A stretch of 36,245 nt of DNA from Syntrophobacterales bacterium (GTDB lineage: Bacteria > Desulfobacterota > Syntrophorhabdia > Syntrophorhabdales > WCHB1-27). The notes beneath the pieces were generated by a model. That model was given only the letters and a program-made list of their open reading frames with translations. It made no database searches and was not told the DNA's origin. The stretch covers positions 1 to 36,245 of the forward strand of contig JADGQN010000002.1 in assembly GCA_017881765.1 (NCBI GenBank), given 5' to 3'. The translations under genes and the position numbers were made by a program. This document shows, piece after piece, positions 25,551 to 33,339 of this stretch (positions are counted from its first letter, which is position 1; every line of letters begins with the position of its first letter).

Positions 25551-28500
25551 AGAAATTTCTGATTATATGCTGCATCGTGCTCCTCTTCTTTTCAGCCCTT
25601 GGCGTGGCTTTATGGATGACCCTCCCCTCCATAAGTACCTACCTGGGCACCCAGTTCCTGGGCAAAGCCATTGGCGGAAGCGTTCAGATCGGGCGCCTTG
25701 AGCCGGGATACAGCAACGGCATGGTCACCATTGTGATCCACGATCTGGCCATGAAGGGCGCGGTCGAGGGAACCATCAAAGACGCACGCCTGCAGTTCAA
25801 TCCCTGGAAGGGGCTCTATATCAAGGCCGTGAGCGTCTCCGATTTTGACCTAACCGTTAAGGATTCGGGGGGCAAGGTGAGTCTGATTCCCGTTCCCGTG
25901 GAACTTGCCGAGTTTAGACAGGGAAGCTTAACGTACAGAGGCCAGAAATATATTGTGCGCGAACTGAAAGTGAAGAATTTCAACACCGGTGGCAACCTGG
26001 AGTTCGAGCTGGATGCAGGCGCGGAAGGGTTCGGTAATGTAAAAACGAAAGGCGGGGGTTTCTTCAAGGATAAAAGGTCGGATATCCAGGGTGATCTCTC
26101 TTTCTCCCGCGTGGATCTTTCACGCATCCTGAAAGGCTACGAAGGGCTTCTGAGCGGTGCCGGAAACTTCACATACAAGGACGGGAAATTCATTTTTACC
26201 ACCGACGTCGAAGCCTCTGATTTTTCCATGCGTGAAGCCTTTCTGAAGAAACCTATCCGGCTCAAGCATGACGCGGCCAAAGCCCGTGTGGAACTCGCGG
26301 GCGCGAAGACAGAGTTGAAATTTGAGAATCTCTCCTTCAAAGGGGTCCCCGTTCGTCTGAATATCGGACTGTCCGGAAAATATTTCGCTTCTTTGGAATT
26401 GCAGACGGGCCCTCTTTCCGTGCCGGATGTCAAAGAGTATATCAATCTCGCGCCTCTGGCAAAAAGGGGCTCGGATGTGCTGGACCTGTTGACGGAAGGC
26501 ACCATCACGGTCAAGAAGCTTTCGTATACCGAGCCCAAACCCTTCCGCGCCGAGTTTTATCTGGGTGACGTTGCGGCTGCGTATCAGAAGATAGCGGTCC
26601 GCGATGTAGAAGGGACGGTCAGTCTCGATGAGCAAAGAATGGTTTTTTCCCATGCGAAGGGCTCGTACCAAAGGAGCAAGTTCTCTGACGTTTCCGTAGA
26701 CGTTCCGTTCGCCGCCGAGAAGTATATCGAGGCGAGGGGCAGCTTCGCCCTCGATATGAGAGATGTTTCAGGGATGGAAGGGCTTGAGGATTTCTCCGTC
26801 ACGTCAGGCATGGCGGAGGGTCAGGCTGAGGCGCGAGGCCGGGAGGATACCGCCATAGAAGTCTTTGGGTCAGGCAGACTCAAGGATGTAGGATTTTTGT
26901 GGAAAAGGCTCGCCCTGGAGGCTTCCGGTGCTTACAGCTTCCGTGACGGTCTGGTGAACTTTGAGTCACTCGTACTCTCCCGGGGAAAGACCGAGCTGGT
27001 TTTGAATGGTCCGGTTCAAAAAGGGTCGGTGCGCCTCAATCTGAAAGGTAGGATAGCCGCCGAAGAAATCAAGTCCCTTGTTCACCTGCCGTATCCTTTT
27101 GACGGCGTGGTATTCGCTGAAGGGGCGTTCGCAAAAGAGCAAGAGTCTTACTCTGCGCGAGGGGATTTATCTTTCAAGGACGTCTCTCTCGAAGTGCCCG
27201 GTCTTATCAAGAAAGAAAAGGGGGTGGAGAGCGTTGCGACGGCCAATGTGAGATGGGGCCAGGGCTTGACCAGGGTCGAGGGACTCACGTGTACCCTAGC
27301 TGATGCTATTTTTCAGGCCAGTGGCGACGTGACGAAAGATAGGATCGTTAACCTGAAGGTGGCGCTCAGCGCGCCTCAGCTCGAAACGATATCGAAGCTC
27401 TTTTTTTCTGACAGGATGCAGGCAGCAGGGAGTCTGCAATTGAAGCTGTCCGCGGCCGACCTGCGCTTTCCTCTGACGGAACTTCCTCTCATTGACGGGG
27501 AGTTGCGTCTAGCCAACGGTAACCTTCGACTTCCGTACTTCGTCAAGCCGCTCGCCGACATCGATCTGGCCGCGGACCTCAAGGGAGGAAAGTCCATCAT
27601 AAACCTCACGGGACTTCGCATCGGAAGCACGGTTGTGCGGAAGGCAACCCTGTCGGTGGAGGCACTCAAGTCGCAACGTTTTTCAGTGATGATCGATATG
27701 AAGAACTTCGAACCTGCTGACCTTGCTACGCCTGAGAAAAAGAAGTTCCGGATCCCGGTCATCGGTAAAGAGAGCCTCATGGCAAAACTGGCCGGAGATT
27801 TCGACATCAGGGCGGAGCGTGTGGCAGAAGAGGATTTGCTGGCCAATGACGCGGAGCTCACAGGTGTGCTGATAAACCGACATCTCGGTCTTTCGAGGGT
27901 GTCTGGAAAAGTCTTCGGAGGTACTCTCTCGCTGGAGGGAAAGGCCGATCTATCAAGAGCATTACCGTCTCTGGATTTTTCCTGCAAGGCGCAGGACATC
28001 AGGGGTGGTCTCTTTCTTCGACTGTTCGATCCGGACTCCCAGATACTGGAAGCAACAGGCGCTGTGACGGCCAATCTCTCCACTGTGGGCAGAGATAGCG
28101 ATGAGTTGCTCGGAAACATGAGTGGAGAGGTCGCCGTCTCCAGCCACGATGGGATAATCAGGAAGTGGAACCTTCTTTCGAAGATCCTCGGCATCCTGAA
28201 TGTCTATGACTTTTTCAGAGGAAAGGTAAATCTGCTACAAACAGGGTTACCATACACCCGGGCCGGCTTCACGCTGAAGGGTGATAGCGGTCTCTTCAAG
28301 ACGGAGGACTTCCTGATAGATAGCTCATCCATGGTTATAGCTGGAAGCGGTAACGTAAATCTGTCAGACAAGACCATGGATGCGAAGCTGATCGTTTCTC
28401 CAATGGTGACACTCGACCGTACCGTAGACAAAATGCCGATTCTAAGGAGCATCTTCAAGCGCAAAGAGGGTGGGTTCTTGTACGTGGCCATTGATGCGAA

Positions 28501-28615
28501 AGGTCCTTTACGTGATCCGGAAGTACATCCAAGCTATGTCGAAACCCTTGGGAAAAGGCCGATAGACCTCCTGAAGAATATATTTATGCTACCTAAAGGG
28601 GTGTTCGAACAATGA
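25547..28615 (+). CDS. AsmA/YhdP-like large envelope protein (N-terminal anchor, long beta-rich body, AsmA-like C-terminus)
   Basis: 1022 aa with a single N-terminal TM helix and a repetitive beta-strand composition. The C-terminal segment is GSGNVNLSDKTMDAKLIVSP...PILRSIF..K.G.F, typical of AsmA-like proteins. It overlaps comF by 4 nt. Confidence 0.7.
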   Translation: MKKFLIICCIVLLFFSALGVALWMTLPSISTYLGTQFLGKAIGGSVQIGRLEPGYSNGMVTIVIHDLAMKGAVEGTIKDARLQFNPWKGLYIKAVSVSDFDLTVKDSGGKVSLIPVPVELAEFRQGSLTYRGQKYIVRELKVKNFNTGGNLEFELDAGAEGFGNVKTKGGGFFKDKRSDIQGDLSFSRVDLSRILKGYEGLLSGAGNFTYKDGKFIFTTDVEASDFSMREAFLKKPIRLKHDAAKARVELAGAKTELKFENLSFKGVPVRLNIGLSGKYFASLELQTGPLSVPDVKEYINLAPLAKRGSDVLDLLTEGTITVKKLSYTEPKPFRAEFYLGDVAAAYQKIAVRDVEGTVSLDEQRMVFSHAKGSYQRSKFSDVSVDVPFAAEKYIEARGSFALDMRDVSGMEGLEDFSVTSGMAEGQAEARGREDTAIEVFGSGRLKDVGFLWKRLALEASGAYSFRDGLVNFESLVLSRGKTELVLNGPVQKGSVRLNLKGRIAAEEIKSLVHLPYPFDGVVFAEGAFAKEQESYSARGDLSFKDVSLEVPGLIKKEKGVESVATANVRWGQGLTRVEGLTCTLADAIFQASGDVTKDRIVNLKVALSAPQLETISKLFFSDRMQAAGSLQLKLSAADLRFPLTELPLIDGELRLANGNLRLPYFVKPLADIDLAADLKGGKSIINLTGLRIGSTVVRKATLSVEALKSQRFSVMIDMKNFEPADLATPEKKKFRIPVIGKESLMAKLAGDFDIRAERVAEEDLLANDAELTGVLINRHLGLSRVSGKVFGGTLSLEGKADLSRALPSLDFSCKAQDIRGGLFLRLFDPDSQILEATGAVTANLSTVGRDSDELLGNMSGEVAVSSHDGIIRKWNLLSKILGILNVYDFFRGKVNLLQTGLPYTRAGFTLKGDSGLFKTEDFLIDSSSMVIAGSGNVNLSDKTMDAKLIVSPMVTLDRTVDKMPILRSIFKRKEGGFLYVAIDAKGPLRDPEVHPSYVETLGKRPIDLLKNIFMLPKGVFEQ

Positions 28616-29469
28616 AAATAGGTATCATCGGGGCCGGAAAGGTGGGCATCGCCCTTGGTCATGTATTGCAGAACAAGGGGTTTGCCATCGTCGCCGTTGC
28701 ATCGCGAAGAGAAGAGTCGCTGGACCTTGCGCGAAATTACATCCCGGGTAAATGTCTCTATACGAAGAACGTATCAGAGGTGGTACGAGAGGCCGATGTG
28801 ATCGCGATCACAACCCAGGACCGCGAAATCAACGCCGTAGCTCAAGAGATTTTCCGAAAGGCTGACAAGCTTGACCGGAAGCTCTTTTTTCACACCAGTG
28901 GCGCCCATCCCGCCACAGAGCTCTCACCCCTGGAGCAGAAAGGGGCAATCCTTGGCTCGCTCCACCCGCTTCAGACCTTTCCTGATGTGAATAGCGGCAT
29001 CGTGGCCCTTCCCAGGACCTATATCTTCATCGAAGGAGATGAAAAGGCTATTCCGGTGCTCGACCTGCTTGCGTCAACCATCGGGTTTAAGGCGGTCAGG
29101 ATCGAAAGTAAGAACAAGGTCCTCTATCACCTTTCCGCTGTTTTTATGTGCAACCTTCTCACCGCGCTGATGCACACGGGCGAAGGCATTGCGAACCGGA
29201 TCGGCATAGATCTGATGCCCTTCTTCCCTATCATAGAGACGACGCTTCGAAACATCGAGACGAAGGGGCCGCTCCTTTCGCTGACGGGCCCCGTCGTGCG
29301 CGGCGATGCGGAAACCGTGGCGTCCCATCTCGAAGCGATTAAGGGAATGGAGCCCCAAGAATCGGTCTACAGGATGCTCTCACTCGTGGCGCTGGAGATG
29401 GCTCGTGAGAGGAAGACCCTGAAGCCTGAAGAGATGGAAAAGCTGGAAAGCGTGCTGAAAAGTCGTTAG
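28612..29469 (+). CDS. Rossmann-like plus DUF2520 domain protein (predicted NAD(P)-binding oxidoreductase)
   Basis: 285 aa. Motifs are MKIGIIGAGKVG, HPLQTF and LTGPVVRGD..TV..HL. It overlaps the previous gene by 4 nt. Confidence 0.8.
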   Translation: MKIGIIGAGKVGIALGHVLQNKGFAIVAVASRREESLDLARNYIPGKCLYTKNVSEVVREADVIAITTQDREINAVAQEIFRKADKLDRKLFFHTSGAHPATELSPLEQKGAILGSLHPLQTFPDVNSGIVALPRTYIFIEGDEKAIPVLDLLASTIGFKAVRIESKNKVLYHLSAVFMCNLLTALMHTGEGIANRIGIDLMPFFPIIETTLRNIETKGPLLSLTGPVVRGDAETVASHLEAIKGMEPQESVYRMLSLVALEMARERKTLKPEEMEKLESVLKSR

Positions 29470-29476
29470 CGGTAAA

Positions 29477-29504
29477 CCGTCAGCCGTCAGCCGTGACCCG
29501 TCAG
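29477..29504. repeat. four tandem heptamers CCGTCAG CCGTCAG CCGTGAC CCGTCAG
   Basis: Read directly. The array lies in the convergent spacer between the DUF2520 gene and the hemerythrin gene. An AACCTT-rich, roughly 7 nt periodic tract follows at 29512-29547. Confidence 0.85.
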
Positions 29505-29551
29505 TAATTTCCCAACCTTAACCTTCGCTTTAGTCTTTACCTCAACCTGCG

Positions 29552-30088
29552 TTATGTGCGCTCCATCCGCTCTATGATGCCCCGATACGTCGCGTGGATG
29601 AGATTCCTGTCAAACTCGTAGAACTCCTGAAGCATGGCGTCCTGTTCCTGTTTGGTGAAGTAGCTCATGACGGGAAGGAAGAATTGCCTGTCCTCTTTTT
29701 CGATATGGATGGGATAGAAACTGACGAGCCAGGTAATCGCATCAACGATGTCATTTAATGCAGCGGTGTCGCCCATGAGGTATCGCTCTTTGCCATCAAG
29801 AAGGCTTTTGGTGGCCTTCCGTGCCCGGTCGTGCTCGTCCAGCAGTTCCTCTATGATAGCTCTGTGCTCATCGGAAAGGCCTTTCTTCGCGAGGTCTCGA
29901 AAGAGGATATCCTCCTCCTTGCCATGATGGCATCGGTCAGCGTAATTCTTGATGAAATCGACGGCAACGTCGAGAAAGACTGGGTCTGCTTTTTTCTGCC
30001 TACCGACCTTCTCCAGTTGCTGTTTGAGCAAACGGATCATCCGTTCTATCAGCCTGTGCTCGATCATCAAAGGACCAATAGGCATCAT
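29552..30088 (-). CDS. hemerythrin-domain protein
   Basis: It has HHE-type metal ligands (LMIEHRLIE, DRCHHGKEEDILF, YPIHIEKED). I place the start at the ATG at 30088 because GGAGG (30099-30095) lies 6 nt upstream. The track ORF extends to 30121. Confidence 0.8.
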   Translation of the reverse strand: MMPIGPLMIEHRLIERMIRLLKQQLEKVGRQKKADPVFLDVAVDFIKNYADRCHHGKEEDILFRDLAKKGLSDEHRAIIEELLDEHDRARKATKSLLDGKERYLMGDTAALNDIVDAITWLVSFYPIHIEKEDRQFFLPVMSYFTKQEQDAMLQEFYEFDRNLIHATYRGIIERMERT

Positions 30089-30124
30089 GGTGCACCTCCG
30101 AGAGGAATGTTGAGTATACAAAAA

Positions 30125-30241
30125 GTGTTATGTGTTGCGTGTTATGTGTTTAGCGGCAAGGGTCAGCTGATGACGCTACGTGCGCGAGCCATGCTGTTTG
30201 ATGGTTTGTCACATAACACGTAACACTCAACACTGATCACT
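30125..30241. repeat. inverted-repeat element C built from heptamers
   Basis: The left arm is GTGTTAT GTGTTGC GTGTTAT GTGTT (30125-30150). The right arm is CACATAA CACGTAA CACTCAA CACTGAT CACT (30210-30241). The arms are imperfectly complementary over about 24 nt. On the minus strand the hairpin is followed by TTTTT. Confidence 0.85.
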
Positions 30242-30249
30242 ATTCTTTA

Positions 30250-30325
30250 TGGTGGTCCCAACGAGAGTCGAACTCGTGTTACCGACGTGAGAGGCCGGTG
30301 TCCTAGGCCACTAGACGATGGGACC
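30250..30325 (-). tRNA. tRNA-Glu (anticodon CUC), CCA encoded
   Basis: The reverse complement reads GGTCCCATCGTCTAGTGGCCTAGGACACCGGCCTCTCACGTCGGTAACACGAGTTCGACTCTCGTTGGGACCACCA. I folded it by hand: 7 bp acceptor stem, D arm GTCT/GGAC, anticodon stem CCGGC/GTCGG with loop CTCTCAC, T arm ACGAG/CTCGT. Confidence 0.9.
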
Positions 30326-30378
30326 AGAGGCACATACTACCAGAAACGGGCTAATTTTTCCAGAGTAAAGTTGCCGGC

Positions 30379-30407
30379 TTGTGGATTGAAAAAAAATATC
30401 ATATAAT
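30379..30407 (+). promoter_or_regulatory. candidate promoter for tRNA-Pro
   Basis: TTGTGG (30379-30384) is followed by a 17 nt A/T-rich spacer and a perfect TATAAT (30402-30407). It ends 11 nt upstream of the tRNA 5' end. Confidence 0.45.
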
Positions 30408-30418
30408 AACACCTTGAT

Positions 30419-30493
30419 CGGGGCGTAGCGCAGTCTGGTTAGCGCACCAGTATGGGGTGCTGGTGGCCGCTGGTTCGAATCCAGTCGCCCCGA
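30419..30493 (+). tRNA. tRNA-Pro (anticodon GGG), no encoded CCA
   Basis: The sequence is CGGGGCGTAGCGCAGTCTGGTTAGCGCACCAGTATGGGGTGCTGGTGGCCGCTGGTTCGAATCCAGTCGCCCCGA. It has acceptor CGGGGCG/CGCCCCG, anticodon loop ATGGGGT, and T loop TTCGAAT. Confidence 0.9.
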
Positions 30494-30504
30494 TTCTTTT
30501 ATTC

Positions 30505-30693
30505 TATCTATGGGGCTCGCGTCGCCTCCACCCGCTATGCGGGTACCCGGTCGGCAAAGCCGCCGGAGCCTCCCGCACCCGCAAGCGGGTACCCGGCTCG
30601 CCGTGCTCGCTGGAAAGATTTCTATGGCGCGAGAGCACGCGTTGAGATGCAATGGATTTGCTCTCGGAAATCTTTCATGGGGCTCGCATCGCC
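30505..30693. repeat. repeat-rich structured spacer between tRNA-Pro and surE
   Basis: The direct repeat ATGGGGCTCGC(G/A)TCGCC occurs at 30510-30526 and 30677-30693. Two tandem hairpin units, ACCCGC-loop-GCGGGTACCCGG, lie at 30530-30550 and 30577-30596 (46 nt period). A longer stem is formed by GATTTC..GAGAGCA / TGCTCTC..GAAATC (30617-30672). Confidence 0.8.
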
Positions 30694-30700
30694 CCTTTCG

Positions 30701-31447
30701 GTGGTATCGTTGTTAATTCTTCTATCAAATGATGATGGCATCGGCTCTGAAGGGCTGATTGCGCTCAAGAACGAGCTGTCGCGGACCGATGAAGTGTGGG
30801 CCATAGCTCCTGAACGGGAACGCACGTGCGTGGGTCATGCGATTACCCTGCACAAGCCTCTGCGCATCAAGGAGCACGGTGATTTCTCCTTCTCCACGAA
30901 TGGAACACCGGCGGATGCGATACTGCTCGGGGTCAAGGGCCTGCTTCCGCGCAAACCTGATCTCGTCATCTCCGGCATCAATAAGGGACCGAACATGGGC
31001 CAGGACGTGACTTACTCCGGGACAGTTGCGGCGGCTAAGGAAGCGGCCTTCATGGAGATCCCTTCCATTGCCGTATCGTTGGATGGCAGGAAGGATTTTC
31101 TCTTCGATGAAGCAGCCCGGACAGTGCGGGAATTGGTCGAAAAAATGCGGGCCGATTCTCTGCGGGAACACATCTTTTTGAACGTTAACATCCCGAATTT
31201 ACTGAGGGTGAGCATCAAGGGTTTTATGGTGACAAGGCTCGGTAAAAGGATATATAATGGTAAGGTAGTCGAGAGAACCGACCCGAGGGGCGGCAAGTAC
31301 TACTGGATCGGTGGGGACGGTGACGGGTTTGAGCCTATAGAGGGCACCGACCTTCTCGCGGTGTCCGAAGGGTACGTCTCGATTACCCCTTTACACTGGG
31401 ACATGACCACGTATGCGGCCATGGAAACGTTTAAGAGCATGTTTTAG
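30701..31447 (+). CDS. surE: 5'/3'-nucleotidase SurE
   Basis: It has the canonical N-terminus ILLSNDDGI.S.G and the SGIN.G.N motif. The start is uncertain: in-frame candidates are ATG 30677, GTG 30701 and TTG 30710. The track ORF start at 30452 lies inside tRNA-Pro and is not credible. Confidence 0.85.
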   Translation: MVSLLILLSNDDGIGSEGLIALKNELSRTDEVWAIAPERERTCVGHAITLHKPLRIKEHGDFSFSTNGTPADAILLGVKGLLPRKPDLVISGINKGPNMGQDVTYSGTVAAAKEAAFMEIPSIAVSLDGRKDFLFDEAARTVRELVEKMRADSLREHIFLNVNIPNLLRVSIKGFMVTRLGKRIYNGKVVERTDPRGGKYYWIGGDGDGFEPIEGTDLLAVSEGYVSITPLHWDMTTYAAMETFKSMF

Positions 31448-31484
31448 AGTTGCTGAAAGAGAAACGGAGGCGCGTCGGAACCAG

Positions 31485-32810
31485 GTGAAGTATTACATCG
31501 AGAACTTCGGTTGCCAGATGAATGACCACGATGTTGAGAAGGTCAGTACCCTTCTCCACGTTGCCGGCCATGAAAAAGTGGGCGAGGCCGCCGCCGCCGA
31601 CGTGGTTATCGTCAATACTTGCTGCGTGAGAGAGAAGGCCGAGCAAAAATTCTATAGTCTGATGGGCCGGCTGAAGACGCTAAAAAGGAGAAAAGGTACC
31701 CTTCTTGGCGTGACAGGTTGCATAGCGCAGCTGGAGAAAGAGAATTTGGGGGAAAGACTCCCCTTCATCGATTTCAGCCTGGGCCCGTCGAGCATTCACA
31801 GGGTCGCGGAGGCCATCGAGTCAGCCACGCGGAGCCAGCGGTTTCTCGATTTTTCCGACAACGGTTGTGGAGCATCTCTGCATGTGAGGCCGCAGACCGC
31901 GGCCGGGACGCTAAAGGCGCACGTAACTATCATGAAAGGCTGCGACAATTACTGTAGCTATTGCATTGTGCCCTTTGTGCGCGGACGGGAGAAGAGCAGG
32001 CAGAGCTCCGATATTCTGGAGGAGATTCGGGGGCTGGCCCATCGAGGGGTGAAGGAGGTGACGCTCCTCGGACAGAACGTGAACTCGTACAACAAAGGAC
32101 AAAAGGATCTCTCCTTCCCCGAGCTTCTGTCAAAGGTGAATGACATCAACGGGATTGAACGGATACGCTTTGTCACCTCGCATCCAAAGGACCTCTCCAG
32201 GGAACTGATTGACTGTTTCGGGAGTCTTGAGAAGCTCTGCGAGCATATTCATCTGCCGTTCCAGTCAGGCTCCAACAAGGTCCTCGGGCTCATGAACCGT
32301 GGCTACACGGTCGAGGAATATAGTAGAAAGCTCGACCTGCTGAAAAACCGTTGCAATAAGATTGCGGTTACGTCAGACTGTATCGTCGGTTTCCCCGGCG
32401 AAGACGAGAAGGACTTCGAGGCAACGATGGCGCTCGTCAAGAGTGTGCGTTTTGACGGTCTCTTCTCGTTCTGTTTTTCTCCGAGAAAGTCTACGCGTGC
32501 AGCGGACCTGCCGGATAGCGTGCCCAGGGAAGAGGCGATGCGCAGGCTGCAGGAACTGCAGTCGGTACAGAAGGCAATAACCAGAGAAAAGAACAGAGCG
32601 TTGGAGGGTAGGGAGGCAGAGGTGTTGGCGGAAGGAACGAGCAAAAACTCAACTGAGGAGCTCACGGGCAGGGCAAGAAGCAATAAGGTCGTCAATTTTA
32701 AAGGCGCCCGGAACCTTGTCGGCGAGCTGGTGGAGGTTGAGATTATCAAGGGTTGTGCCAATTCCCTGAAAGGGGCCCGACTGATGCAGAAGGAGGTATG
32801 TGATGCTTAA
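31485..32810 (+). CDS. miaB: tRNA (N6-isopentenyl adenosine-37) methylthiotransferase MiaB
   Basis: Motifs are YIENFGCQMN (the MTTase N-terminal domain), the radical SAM CDNYCSYC, and a C-terminal TRAM domain. I prefer the GTG start at 31485. The ATG at 31413 would overlap surE by 35 nt. Confidence 0.88.
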   Translation: MKYYIENFGCQMNDHDVEKVSTLLHVAGHEKVGEAAAADVVIVNTCCVREKAEQKFYSLMGRLKTLKRRKGTLLGVTGCIAQLEKENLGERLPFIDFSLGPSSIHRVAEAIESATRSQRFLDFSDNGCGASLHVRPQTAAGTLKAHVTIMKGCDNYCSYCIVPFVRGREKSRQSSDILEEIRGLAHRGVKEVTLLGQNVNSYNKGQKDLSFPELLSKVNDINGIERIRFVTSHPKDLSRELIDCFGSLEKLCEHIHLPFQSGSNKVLGLMNRGYTVEEYSRKLDLLKNRCNKIAVTSDCIVGFPGEDEKDFEATMALVKSVRFDGLFSFCFSPRKSTRAADLPDSVPREEAMRRLQELQSVQKAITREKNRALEGREAEVLAEGTSKNSTEELTGRARSNKVVNFKGARNLVGELVEVEIIKGCANSLKGARLMQKEVCDA

Positions 32811-33300
32811 GGAAATGAAGGTTGCGGGTATAACCGTCGACCCCTTTACCAACACGCCCATTGTGATCCTTAAAGACCTGGAAGAGAAAGATGTCCTTCC
32901 CATATGGATAGGCCTTCTCGAGGCCTCCAGCATTGCAACAGCGCTGGAAAACATCCAGACCCCTCGGCCCATGACTCACGATCTCCTCAAGAACGTGTTG
33001 GACAGCCTGGGAGCCAAGGTGGTGAAGATCGAGGTGAACGACCTCAGGGATAACACGTATTACGCCCTCATTCACATGGACGTCAACGGCAAGAGAGTGG
33101 TGATCGATTCAAGGCCGTCCGATGCGATTGCGCTTGCGCTGCGGGTGAGTGCAGCCATATTTGTCGAGGAGAGCGTGATCAAGAAGTCTGCGAAAATCGA
33201 TCTGGCAAAGAAGGAAGACAGGATTGTGGTCGACGCAAATGAATGGGAAGATGTGCTTGAAAACCTCTCTCCCGACGATTTTGGAAAATATAAGATGTGA
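32800..33300 (+). CDS. bifunctional nuclease family protein (DUF151)
   Basis: 166 aa. Motifs are PIVILKD....LPIWIG..EA..I, RPMTHDL and DSRPSDAIALALR. It overlaps miaB by 11 nt. Confidence 0.8.
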   Translation: MMLKEMKVAGITVDPFTNTPIVILKDLEEKDVLPIWIGLLEASSIATALENIQTPRPMTHDLLKNVLDSLGAKVVKIEVNDLRDNTYYALIHMDVNGKRVVIDSRPSDAIALALRVSAAIFVEESVIKKSAKIDLAKKEDRIVVDANEWEDVLENLSPDDFGKYKM

Positions 33301-33301
33301 T

Positions 33302-33336
33302 GACGGTTTCCGGTTTACGGCTCACGGTTAACGGTT
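33302..33336. repeat. five tandem heptamers GACGGTT TCCGGTT TACGGCT CACGGTT AACGGTT
   Basis: Read directly. The array fills almost the whole 39 nt spacer before the PHP gene. It is the reverse-complement type of the 29477-29504 array, (ACGG-N3)n. Confidence 0.85.
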
Positions 33337-33339
33337 TTT

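Noticed and set aside
30452-30700. The N-terminal 83 codons of the track ORF 30452-31447, and ORFs 30457-30645 and 30510-30716.
   Set aside because: The first two frames begin inside tRNA-Pro, and all three run through the repeat-rich spacer. Their translations are Arg/Pro-rich junk. SurE homology starts only at ILLSNDDG (about 30710).
30250-30700. A possible integrated element or att scar next to the two tRNA genes.
   Set aside because: There is no integrase or phage/ICE gene nearby. The direct repeats (30510/30677) are not copies of a tRNA 3' end. The flanking genes (hemerythrin, surE, miaB) are ordinary chromosomal genes.
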